DNA of 64,000 bases, taken from positions 160,001 through 224,000 of IMG/VR virus record IMGVR_UViG_3300021400_000034. One strand, written 5' to 3'. The notes beneath the pieces were generated by a model that saw only the letters and a program-made list of their open reading frames with translations, did not search any database and had not been told where the DNA came from. The position numbers and the translations under genes are program-made. This stretch comes from a virus. Its lineage: Duplodnaviria > Caudoviricetes. Each line of letters starts with the position of its first letter. The stretch's first letter is position 1. Positions 36,384 to 44,818 of this stretch are shown here, piece by piece.

Positions 36384-36728
36384 ATGTACAAACTACCTTC
36401 TAAGTCACAGTATCACGTCGGTAACGACAAGGCTATCCCGGATAGCGCTTTCGTCGCCAGCAGCTGGTGCGACGGCATCTACACTCAGTTCGATGCGGAC
36501 AATGCTCCGAACGGCTGGGCAGATGTTCAGGACACCTTCAAGATGAATCTCCCGCAGGACAAGTGGCAGCTCGAAGACGAAAGAGCTGCAGCAAGTGGCT
36601 TCGCTACTTCTGCTCTCTTCACGGACGGTTACGGCACCGCTACCACGGGCAAGGTTCTTGACCAGTTCCCGGAACTGTTCACTTCTGGTCGTAGCGACTA
36701 CGTCGGAATCGAACAGTCTGCCGAGTAA
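36384..36728 (+). CDS. Small virion protein, possible capsid decoration
   Basis: Directly after capsid gene, strong RBS, high-expression codon bias. Confidence 0.6.
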   Translation: MYKLPSKSQYHVGNDKAIPDSAFVASSWCDGIYTQFDADNAPNGWADVQDTFKMNLPQDKWQLEDERAAASGFATSALFTDGYGTATTGKVLDQFPELFTSGRSDYVGIEQSAE

Positions 36729-36747
36729 TTGGCTGCACAAGCATACG

Positions 36748-36781
36748 AAGAAAGACCGAGCGGAAGCCCGGTCTTTCTTTT
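36748..36781. terminator. Bidirectional terminator
   Basis: AAGAAAGACCG/CGGTCTTTCTT stem between convergent genes. Confidence 0.8.
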
Positions 36782-36800
36782 GCGATTGATTCAAGAAGCT

Positions 36801-37073
36801 CTAGAGAGAAGCGATGATCTTCTGTGCGCGGCTGGTCTGATACTTGTCCCAAGTGGACTTGTTGCGCTTCCACTTCTTGGATTCAGCTCCAGCGATCCAC
36901 TTGTAGTCGGCTTCGCTGATGACCTTAGCATAACGTCCCGGAGTGACCTGAAGCTTGGTACCGTCCGTTAACTGGATATACCAACGACCCTGGCTCTCTT
37001 TGCTCAGACCGCGAGCAGCCATTTTCTTCTTGGTGTGGTAGAGGTAGATGGGGGAAGATTCGAACTTCTTCAT
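36801..37073 (-). CDS. Basic hypothetical early protein
   Basis: AAGGA RBS and own promoter. Confidence 0.7.
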   Translation of the reverse strand: MKKFESSPIYLYHTKKKMAARGLSKESQGRWYIQLTDGTKLQVTPGRYAKVISEADYKWIAGAESKKWKRNKSTWDKYQTSRAQKIIASL

Positions 37074-37128
37074 AGTTTATTTTCCTTTTCTGTTTAGATC
37101 TAACCAGCCATCTTGAGGCTGTAATGTG

Positions 37129-37157
37129 AATATAGGAATTTGTTGTAAATTTGTAAA
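37129..37157 (-). promoter_or_regulatory. Sigma70-type promoter
   Basis: TTTACA-N17-TATATT. Confidence 0.65.
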
Positions 37158-37260
37158 CAGTAAAATATCGTTAAAATTTCTTTACATACCTAGACGATGA
37201 AAATCTCAAGATAAGCATTTTGATTATATTTTCTCTTGAAAAGATAAATAACAGGAAACT

Positions 37261-38460
37261 ATGTTAAGAGTAAACAACAGTGACAACAAAAACTTGGTAA
37301 TTTTCTATCTAGCTGATAACAGTGGATGCAGTCATGTTCGTTGCCGTTTCTTCGCTGATTACATCAACGCTAACGACTTTGGACTCAAGGCTGTGATTCT
37401 GCCAGTCTACACGACTGACACGGCCATCTTGGCCTCAGCTAAAGCGATCATCTGGCAGAAGCCCAGCACCTTCAAGCACTTGTCCATCATCCAGAAGTAC
37501 AAGGGATTCCAGCAGAAGTTCGGATTCAAGCTCATCTACGAGATGGACGATCTGTTCTTCAAGAGCCCTTTCAGGGATCAAGCGCTTCCTCCTTACAACA
37601 TGTCTTACGTACGCCGCAGAGAAGCTCACATCGACGAAGAGATCGAAGAGGCGCTAGCTCAGATCCTTCCGCTCTTCGACACGATCATGTGCTCGACTGA
37701 CTATCTCAAGAAAGTCGTCACTCAGAAGTACAACTTGGACAACGTAGTCACTGTCAAGAACACTGTCCCGCGCTTCCTATGGTCCTGCGACAAGAGAAAG
37801 CCGATCACCGAAGACATCAAGAAACCTTCAATTCTCTACTCAGGCGCATCTGGCCATTACATGAACCCGATCCCAGCCCGTCCATCTTCTACTAAAGAGC
37901 CTAACGGATTCCCTGGCACTACTGGCGACTTCGGTGACTGGAAAAACTCTTGGCGTGAGTGGGTCATCAAGAACGTCAAGGAAGACAAGATCGACTTCAA
38001 GATCATGGGCGACTTCCCATACTTCTTCCGAGAGATCGCGCCGAAGCTTCAGTTCATCTCTTGGACTAACTCTTACAACTATCCTAGACGCTGTTGGAGC
38101 ACAAACGCTAACTTCCAGATCGCACCTCTCGTAGACAACGAGTTCAACCGCTCGAAGTCTGCTCTTCGATTCTATGAGTCTTCTATCGCGGGCATGGGAT
38201 TCTTCGGATCTGTGTTCGACGACTCCAACGACAGCCCTTACGAAGAGATCTTCCCAGACTGCAAAGTCAAAGTCGGAGCATCGATGGAAGAGCTTGACGA
38301 GAAGTTCTGGAACATGTGCAAGAAAGAGAACTACAATCAGCTCATCGAGTGGCAGTATGACAACCTGAACAAGTCTGGCTTGATCCTCGAGTCATCTGAA
38401 GCTATAAACAGGATCCTGTCGATCTGTGATCGCAGCACCGAGACTATGGAGACGATCTAA
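37261..38460 (+). CDS. Glycosyltransferase, GT-B-like
   Basis: ADNSGCSHVR, IYEMDDL, CSTDYLK, IAPLVDNEFNRSKSALRFYE. Confidence 0.8.
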   Translation: MLRVNNSDNKNLVIFYLADNSGCSHVRCRFFADYINANDFGLKAVILPVYTTDTAILASAKAIIWQKPSTFKHLSIIQKYKGFQQKFGFKLIYEMDDLFFKSPFRDQALPPYNMSYVRRREAHIDEEIEEALAQILPLFDTIMCSTDYLKKVVTQKYNLDNVVTVKNTVPRFLWSCDKRKPITEDIKKPSILYSGASGHYMNPIPARPSSTKEPNGFPGTTGDFGDWKNSWREWVIKNVKEDKIDFKIMGDFPYFFREIAPKLQFISWTNSYNYPRRCWSTNANFQIAPLVDNEFNRSKSALRFYESSIAGMGFFGSVFDDSNDSPYEEIFPDCKVKVGASMEELDEKFWNMCKKENYNQLIEWQYDNLNKSGLILESSEAINRILSICDRSTETMETI

Positions 38461-38681
38461 TGGCTAAGGAACAAGGAATCGTACTCAAGGGAAAAGTGCT
38501 TGAAGCTCTCGGAGGCATCAGATTCAGATGCGCTCTAGAGAACGGTCAAGAAGTGATATGCACTCTAGCTGGAAAGATGCACAACAGGTTTCACATCAGA
38601 ACGAATCCAGATGACACTGTCGAGATCGAGGTCTGTCCTTATGACCTGACTCGTGGACGCATAATCTATCGCGATAAATAG
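38460..38681 (+). CDS. infA: Translation initiation factor IF-1
   Basis: MAKE..IVLKGKVLEAL..FR..LENG..LAGKM..IR..DTV.IE..PYDLTRGRIIYR. Confidence 0.93.
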   Translation: MAKEQGIVLKGKVLEALGGIRFRCALENGQEVICTLAGKMHNRFHIRTNPDDTVEIEVCPYDLTRGRIIYRDK

Positions 38682-38702
38682 AAAGATAGAGGAGCACAGA
38701 CC

Positions 38703-39275
38703 ATGAGGATCAACAATCGTGAGCTAAGACAGCGCCTTCTAGACTACAACGCTGGAACTATTTCAGATAAAGATCATGCCCAGTTCTGGGACGATCTGCA
38801 AGAGATTTGCGCATACCAGATCAAGAAGTCGAAGAATGACAAAGCATACTATGACTTCATTCAGGACATGGTGATCTACATCATAGACCACTATCTCCAG
38901 AACTTCACTTACTATAAGCCCGATGGAACTGAGAACTCCGCTCTCGCATTCTTGCTCCAGTCCGCATACTTCTCTAAGCTGGTCCTCTGGAACAACAAGT
39001 ATAAGCATGAAAACAACGAATTCATGACGATGAACATAGCTTCTGCCGACAACGAAGGAAACTCGACTGAGATGGTCAACACCTGGTCTGAAGACTCTTA
39101 CGCTGAGATCTGGTCAAGAGCTTGGGGAAAGTCACTTCCAATCGGTCCCGACGACGGGAAGAAACGCAAGAAGAGAATCAAGGGTTATGACACAGACGGG
39201 AACCCTATTGAAGATGAAGTAGAAACTGAAGAGACCGAGGAAGAAGATGTCGAACTTTCTGAACAATCCGAATAG
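38703..39275 (+). CDS. gp55: Late-transcription sigma factor (gp55-like)
   Basis: INNRELRQRLLDY, DFIQD..YLQNF..ALAFLLQSAY; many TATAAATA promoters present. Confidence 0.65.
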   Translation: MRINNRELRQRLLDYNAGTISDKDHAQFWDDLQEICAYQIKKSKNDKAYYDFIQDMVIYIIDHYLQNFTYYKPDGTENSALAFLLQSAYFSKLVLWNNKYKHENNEFMTMNIASADNEGNSTEMVNTWSEDSYAEIWSRAWGKSLPIGPDDGKKRKKRIKGYDTDGNPIEDEVETEETEEEDVELSEQSE

Positions 39276-39858
39276 CGAAGCGGGTCTCCATGCGGAGAAG
39301 ACGTGCGCTGTTCACTTAGCCAACTTATTTCAAGAGTACAACGTTCCGGCGATAGTCATTCACTCTATCTGCTCGGACGACCAGTATCACGAGGCTCCAG
39401 GACTCTTCTGCTGGAAAGACTCCGTCGCTAGAAACTCTCAGATGGGAGACATCCGCATCTACAAGAAAGACATCAACGACCGTCCAGTACAGAACGCATG
39501 CGTATGCATAGACGTGAAGTACTCGAAAGACTGGGACTTCGGATCGATCACGTTCAAGAAGCGCTCAGAGAGTCCAAAGCAGGACGCTATGCTTCACTTG
39601 TTCGGATGGGTCGGTCGCGGCGTCGACAACACGTTCTGGTACCTGTCCTACGGAAAGAACGCGAAGGTCGTCATTCCTCTCATCAACGTGAGAGCTTTCG
39701 TCAACAGCTGCACCGAAGAAGAGATGCTCAAGATCTGCAAGAAGACGAAGTATGACGGAGTAGACAGCTGGTACTTCTCGCTGGGAGAAGTCAAGTCCCA
39801 TCTGTTACCGCTTGATGAGTGGGCGATGACTTACGTCAGAGGAATCATTGAACAGTAA
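39247..39858 (+). CDS. Putative PD-(D/E)XK nuclease
   Basis: AE...GDIRI...IDVK spacing. Confidence 0.45.
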   Translation: MSNFLNNPNSEAGLHAEKTCAVHLANLFQEYNVPAIVIHSICSDDQYHEAPGLFCWKDSVARNSQMGDIRIYKKDINDRPVQNACVCIDVKYSKDWDFGSITFKKRSESPKQDAMLHLFGWVGRGVDNTFWYLSYGKNAKVVIPLINVRAFVNSCTEEEMLKICKKTKYDGVDSWYFSLGEVKSHLLPLDEWAMTYVRGIIEQ

Positions 39859-40301
39859 TGCCCATAGAAGCATCAGAACGTGTCCAGAACGGCTACTTCT
39901 ACACGTTCATCTACAAAGCAGCCGACACTAGCCAGGAAGTCGACGAGACGCCTCTGATCTACTGCATAGGACCTTCGCTGAAGAATCGTAACAATTTCGT
40001 AGGTTTGAACCTGCACCATCTTCCAGAGAATGCGAGAGAGATTCTCATAAGGAAGATGGAGGCAACGAAGAAGGTCGTTTCCAGCGGTTCTAGAGCGGTA
40101 TTTACCGACACCGAACTAAACACTATGGTACCGGGCGCAAAAGCCGCTATACGTGAGTATAACCGCAAAAGAGTCTATAGCTGCTACAGGATCGACTCGA
40201 AAGAGATTCCGCTATACATCTACGGTGACGGCAAGAAGAGAACAAAGGTAGACAAGAGCAGACTATCTATGATTCTCCGCAAGCTCGGCATAGCAGTATA
40301 A
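39858..40301 (+). CDS. gp2: DNA end protector protein
   Basis: YTFIYK...DETPLI...FVGLNLHHLP..R. Confidence 0.7.
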   Translation: MPIEASERVQNGYFYTFIYKAADTSQEVDETPLIYCIGPSLKNRNNFVGLNLHHLPENAREILIRKMEATKKVVSSGSRAVFTDTELNTMVPGAKAAIREYNRKRVYSCYRIDSKEIPLYIYGDGKKRTKVDKSRLSMILRKLGIAV

Positions 40302-40304
40302 ATA
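40297..40304 (+). promoter_or_regulatory. Late promoter
   Basis: TATAAATA. Confidence 0.7.
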
Positions 40305-40324
40305 AACAAACGGAAGAGTGAAAG

Positions 40325-40813
40325 ATGATTAGAAAGATCGCAATTGACTTGGACGGCGTCGTGGTTGACTTTCTTCGCGGCGCATACTCTGCTGGAATTT
40401 TCGATCCAGAGACTGGCCGAATGGATGAAGCTAAGCTGATGGAAGCCGACGAGCGCTTCTGGGCTGATCTTCCTGCGATCGTCGAAGGTCTCTGGCTCTA
40501 CTCTAGACTATACGCTTTCTCTCGCAAGAAGGATCTTACGATCTACATTCTGTCTCATGCAATAAATGAAGCTTCTAAAGCTGGCAAGCGTGAGTGGATT
40601 CAGAAGAACTTGAAGACGAACCCGATGGAGATCGTATTTGTCGCTAAGAGAAAGGACAAGAACGAGTTCGCTGACTCTCAGACGCTGCTCATTGACGACT
40701 ACCAGAAAAACTGCGACGAGTTTGAAGCTGCTGGAGGACACGCTGTGTGCTTCCACCGCCAGGACTTCAAGAAGACATTGGAAGACTTGAGGGCCTATCT
40801 ACGCGAAATTTAA
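40325..40813 (+). CDS. HAD-family 5'(3')-deoxyribonucleotidase
   Basis: IDLDGVVVDF, GKREW, LLIDD..N...FEAAGG. Confidence 0.88.
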   Translation: MIRKIAIDLDGVVVDFLRGAYSAGIFDPETGRMDEAKLMEADERFWADLPAIVEGLWLYSRLYAFSRKKDLTIYILSHAINEASKAGKREWIQKNLKTNPMEIVFVAKRKDKNEFADSQTLLIDDYQKNCDEFEAAGGHAVCFHRQDFKKTLEDLRAYLREI

Positions 40814-40823
40814 GGAGAAGGAC

Positions 40824-41087
40824 ATGAATATCAAAGAAGCGCTAAAGATTCTCGATGAAGCTGATGTCCAGTATGATTATGAGAATCCGAGAAAGACCTG
40901 GAGAGACTGGATTGAAGAATATGAAGATCTTCATCCAAATGGCGAAGACTATAGCTCTTTGGTCATTGATCTGGCAGACGACTGCGACGAAGACTGGAGA
41001 AGACACTACTCTGAACCTGAGCAAGCAATCGATCTGTCATACGAAGACCTCTGCAAGATGTGGGGAACACCAGAAGAGGCAGGATGA
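40824..41087 (+). CDS. Acidic hypothetical protein
   Basis: AAGGAG RBS. Confidence 0.7.
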   Translation: MNIKEALKILDEADVQYDYENPRKTWRDWIEEYEDLHPNGEDYSSLVIDLADDCDEDWRRHYSEPEQAIDLSYEDLCKMWGTPEEAG

Positions 41088-41482
41088 AGTTCGACGACTA
41101 TGTAAAATCGATCACGGAAGCTGTAGAGGAAGTGCCTAAGATCACTTCTGGGGATCTCGGTGCAGTCGAAGACGACATTCAGGTCGCTCTAGCCGAGTCG
41201 GAGAACAAGTGGCTCTCGAAGCGCTTGTCCGACAACGCGATCTATCTCTTCAACAACCGTCACTACATCAACGTGACCGAGCTGCGCAACGAGATCGCTC
41301 ATCTGTACGCGTCTAAGGGCTTCACTGGATCCGGATTCGACAAGCTGACCGAAGAAGAGCTCATCGTCTACAAGACGGTCAAGGAGATCTTCGTCCAGCT
41401 CATCGCTCAGTCTCTCGGTCCGCAGCTCAGCGCTAAAGAGACAGCTCAGTCACTATTCGACCGTGAGATTTTCTACGCTTAA
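41084..41482 (+). CDS. Hypothetical protein, possible internal head protein
   Basis: ATGA coupling; MKFDDYVKSITE leader. Confidence 0.7.
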   Translation: MKFDDYVKSITEAVEEVPKITSGDLGAVEDDIQVALAESENKWLSKRLSDNAIYLFNNRHYINVTELRNEIAHLYASKGFTGSGFDKLTEEELIVYKTVKEIFVQLIAQSLGPQLSAKETAQSLFDREIFYA

Positions 41483-41491
41483 TCTTGATTG

Positions 41492-41527
41492 TGCTGCTGG
41501 ACAGAAATTTGATCCAGCAGCATTTTT
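41492..41527 (+). terminator. Intrinsic terminator
   Basis: TGCTGCTGGA/TCCAGCAGCA stem plus T-run. Confidence 0.8.
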
Positions 41528-41558
41528 GTAAATTGTAACTGAAATAGAGAGGTAACTC

Positions 41559-42026
41559 ATGAACGTAACTATCGACAACGCTACACTCGAAGGCTACAAG
41601 GCTTTCACCAAGAAAGAAGACCTGATCGTCTACTCCCAGATCGTGATCAAGACCACGGAAGATGGCCCGATCGAGCTTCTCCGCTACTTCAAGAACACGA
41701 CCGACCGTTCTGATCTCGAAAAGATCGCAGACTCCGACAGCTGGTCGAAGCACACCGTCGAGATGCATGATGAGATCGATCTCGAGTTCGGCGAAGCTAA
41801 GCTGCAGTGCAAGATCACAGAGATCGCTGTGAAGCGCAACCTGAAGAAGCAGAAGACGACTTACAAGCTGACGTTCGAGACAGACATTGCCGCAGAGCAA
41901 GTCAGCCAGATGGTCATTCCTTACTTCCATGCTCGTGAAGAAGATCTTGAACCTGAGAAGCCAGGCAAGATGCCGAAGGGTCCGAAGTACAAGAAGACCA
42001 TGTTCGTAGCTACTCTGAGCAACTAA
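41559..42026 (+). CDS. Hypothetical protein
   Basis: GAGG RBS, native codons. Confidence 0.75.
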   Translation: MNVTIDNATLEGYKAFTKKEDLIVYSQIVIKTTEDGPIELLRYFKNTTDRSDLEKIADSDSWSKHTVEMHDEIDLEFGEAKLQCKITEIAVKRNLKKQKTTYKLTFETDIAAEQVSQMVIPYFHAREEDLEPEKPGKMPKGPKYKKTMFVATLSN

Positions 42027-42035
42027 GGAGCTGAG

Positions 42036-42254
42036 ATGGAACAGGTCACTCTATACACCACGCACTGTCCTAAGTGCGAAGTCCTGAAGAGGAAGCTCAC
42101 CGAAGCACAGATCTCTTACACGGAAGTCGATGACACCGCAGAGATCCTGAAGGTCGCAGAGAAGGGCGGATTCACGATGGCTCCGCTTCTCCAGGTCGGA
42201 GACGAAATTCTAGACTTTAGCAAGGCAGTTTCATGGATAAAGTCTAAAAACTAG
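42036..42254 (+). CDS. nrdH: Glutaredoxin/NrdH-like redoxin
   Basis: LYTTHCPKC, TMAPLL cis-Pro; directly upstream of RNR. Confidence 0.85.
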   Translation: MEQVTLYTTHCPKCEVLKRKLTEAQISYTEVDDTAEILKVAEKGGFTMAPLLQVGDEILDFSKAVSWIKSKN

Positions 42255-42265
42255 ACTCCAGAAAG

Positions 42266-42273
42266 TATAAATA
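42266..42273 (+). promoter_or_regulatory. Late promoter
   Basis: TATAAATA. Confidence 0.6.
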
Positions 42274-42386
42274 ATCGACAATGCTACACGGAACTGCATA
42301 AAGACCGAGAAGATATGAAGCAGAATGAGGAGTTCATTCTGCTTTCATTGTGGCATAGTAAAGATTTCTGAACCTAAGGAACATAT

Positions 42387-44402
42387 ATGGCAGTCAACAA
42401 TTCTATTTTCAACATCCCACTAAAAGTAAACAAGGACTTCAACAAGGCTCTGTCTTCGATGATGGAGAAGTATGGAGAAGACTTCGAGATTCTCAATGGA
42501 TTCGCAGAGAAGAACCTGAACTTCTCGGACTTCATTGACGCATTCACGGCAAAGAACGCAGTCACGGCAGACGTGACAATCGACGCTAACGCAAACGCAT
42601 CGACTAAAGACATCAGAGCACTTCTCAACGAGAAAGACAAGCCGCTCGACAAGATCTTCGCATTCAACAAGCTCTTCCTGGAGCTCAAGCAGAAGTACGG
42701 TCTCAAGGTCGCTCGTGAGTGGCTGGAACAGGAATACAACGGCGGATTCTATCTGCACGACGCTTGCACTTCAACCTACATGGGCTACTGCTTCGCCTAC
42801 GATCTTACCCGTCTAGCTAAGGAAGGTCTCTTCTTCCTGAAGAACTACAACAACATCCCGCCTAAGCACCTCACGACGTTCTTGGACGACGTGATCGAGT
42901 TCGTCAGCTTCATGAGCAATCGCAGCTCTGGCGCTGTCGGCATTCCTAACATTCTCGTCTGGACCTACTATTTCTGGCGCAAAGACGTGCAGCAGGGCTT
43001 CTTTACCAAAGACCCTGACAGTTATCTAAGGCAGGCCTTCCAGAAGCTCATATACCGCCTGAATCAGCCCTTTATGCGCATCGACCAGACAGCATTCGTG
43101 AACGTGTCCATCTTTGACCGTCAATACTGCGAATCTCTGTTCGGCGGTCTAGAGTTCCCAGACGGCACACTGTTCATCGACTGCGTTGATGAGTTCATCG
43201 AACACCAGAAGATCTTCATGGAAGTCGTATCTCAGATCAGAAGCGAGAACATGTTCACGTTCCCTGTCCTCACTTACTCACTGCAGTTCAAGGACGGCAA
43301 GTTCGTCGATGAAGAGTTCGCTCGCTGGTGCTCTGACCACAACACTGAGTGGAACGACTCTAACTTCTTCGTCTCCAAGGACGTCACTACCTTGTCTAAC
43401 TGCTGTCGATTGCTATCCTCGACTACTGGATTGAAAAAAGACGGAAAGAAAGTCGTTATCGGACAGAACAACGAAAAGCTCAATGGGTTCATGAACTCCA
43501 TCGGCGGAACCTCGCTCTCTATCGGATCGATCAAGGTCAACACGATTAACCTCGTGAGAATCGCTATCGAGTCTGGAATCAAGAAGGACAACAAGATCCA
43601 CAGCATCAACGCTTTCCTCAAGCTGCTGAAGAAGAGAACCGAGCTCTGCTGCAAGCTTCTCGATGTCCAGCGCGAGATCATCAGAAAGAACGTCGAACGC
43701 GGACTTCTTCCGAACTACGTAGAAGGCGGAATCGACATCAACCATCAGTACAGCACGGTCGGCATCCTGGGACTCTACGAGACTATAAAGGAGTTCGGAT
43801 TCATCGAGACAGACGAGTTCGGCAACAAGTCATACACCAAGGAAGGAATCGATCTCGCTCAGGCGATCTTCGACACGATCAATGAAGTGAAGGACAACTT
43901 CACTCAGGACTACAGCTTCAACATCGAGTCCGTTCCTGCTGAGAGAGCTGCTGTCATTCTCTGTCAGAAGGACAACCTTCTCTATGACCGCAACGACGAC
44001 TTCATCTACTCCAACCAGTGGATCCCGCTCAAAGAGAAGTGCACGATCCAGGAGAAGATCAGTCTGTCCGCGATCCTCGATCCGATGTGCTCGGGCGGCG
44101 CTATCGCTCACATCAACGTCGAGAACAAGTTCCCGTCGAATGACGTCGCTTGGGAGATGCTGAACAAGATCGCTAGCGCTGGCGTGATCTACTTCGCCTT
44201 CAACACGAAGATCAACGTCTGCAAGAATCATCACGGCTTTGTAGGCAGAGACACTTGCCCAGTCTGTGGCGAGGGCATCTATGACCGATTCACTCGAATC
44301 GTCGGCTTCCTGACTCCGACTAAGTCCTACTCTAAGGACCGCAAGAAAGAGTTCGACGCACGCAACTGGTACGACTACGCTACTCAGCTGAAAGATCTCT
44401 AA
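42387..44402 (+). CDS. nrdD: Anaerobic (class III) ribonucleoside-triphosphate reductase
   Basis: YLHD, YCFAY, TFPVLT, SNCCRL, ESVPAE, SGGAIAH, Zn site C..H..CPVC, TRIVGFL glycyl-radical motif. Confidence 0.93.
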   Translation: MAVNNSIFNIPLKVNKDFNKALSSMMEKYGEDFEILNGFAEKNLNFSDFIDAFTAKNAVTADVTIDANANASTKDIRALLNEKDKPLDKIFAFNKLFLELKQKYGLKVAREWLEQEYNGGFYLHDACTSTYMGYCFAYDLTRLAKEGLFFLKNYNNIPPKHLTTFLDDVIEFVSFMSNRSSGAVGIPNILVWTYYFWRKDVQQGFFTKDPDSYLRQAFQKLIYRLNQPFMRIDQTAFVNVSIFDRQYCESLFGGLEFPDGTLFIDCVDEFIEHQKIFMEVVSQIRSENMFTFPVLTYSLQFKDGKFVDEEFARWCSDHNTEWNDSNFFVSKDVTTLSNCCRLLSSTTGLKKDGKKVVIGQNNEKLNGFMNSIGGTSLSIGSIKVNTINLVRIAIESGIKKDNKIHSINAFLKLLKKRTELCCKLLDVQREIIRKNVERGLLPNYVEGGIDINHQYSTVGILGLYETIKEFGFIETDEFGNKSYTKEGIDLAQAIFDTINEVKDNFTQDYSFNIESVPAERAAVILCQKDNLLYDRNDDFIYSNQWIPLKEKCTIQEKISLSAILDPMCSGGAIAHINVENKFPSNDVAWEMLNKIASAGVIYFAFNTKINVCKNHHGFVGRDTCPVCGEGIYDRFTRIVGFLTPTKSYSKDRKKEFDARNWYDYATQLKDL

Positions 44403-44423
44403 AATATCTTGACTGCACAAATG

Positions 44424-44454
44424 AAGAGAGGAAGATGAAAGTCTTCCTCTCTTT
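44424..44454. terminator. Bidirectional terminator
   Basis: AAGAGAGGAAGA/TCTTCCTCTCTT stem between convergent genes. Confidence 0.8.
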
Positions 44455-44478
44455 ATGTTTAAGATTTCTCTTGATTTC

Positions 44479-44715
44479 TTACAGACCCTTGAGCAAGCGG
44501 ATCAGATCCTTCTTGAACATCATCGCACGCTTGTACTCGCTAGTGAAGCAGATCTTGTGGATCGTCTCGCAAAGATCTGCGCACTCGTCGGCGCTCATGT
44601 CGTAGATTGTTTCGAAGAGCTGATCGTAAGTGTCGTTCGTGTAAGTGTCTGCATATTCCTTGATGACCTTGAGTCCAGAGTCCTTCAAAGTCTTTATAGC
44701 TTCTTTCTCGTTCAT
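44479..44715 (-). CDS. Small late protein
   Basis: TATAAATA (44733-44740, minus) and GAGG RBS before ATG 44715. Confidence 0.7.
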   Translation of the reverse strand: MNEKEAIKTLKDSGLKVIKEYADTYTNDTYDQLFETIYDMSADECADLCETIHKICFTSEYKRAMMFKKDLIRLLKGL

Positions 44716-44741
44716 AGTGGTACCTCTCGATTTATTTATAG

Positions 44742-44794
44742 AAAAAGTCCCGTCTCCTAAAGACAAGGACCAGTTGAATTGAAGGAGACGGGAC
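44742..44794 (-). terminator. Terminator with 24-nt anti-RBS loop
   Basis: Perfect 12-bp stem GTCCCGTCTCCT/AGGAGACGGGAC, T5 tract on minus strand. Confidence 0.8.
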
Positions 44795-44818
44795 CGAAAG
44801 GTTAAGCGGCAGCTTGCG

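Noticed and set aside
42281-42356. Cobalamin riboswitch or hammerhead upstream of nrdD
   Set aside because: Too short, lacks B12-box and hammerhead core sequences; kept only as an unknown structure
44802-44818. tmRNA-tag-like CAA GCT GCC GCT TAA after the AAA gene
   Set aside because: Out of frame and no tmRNA structure around it
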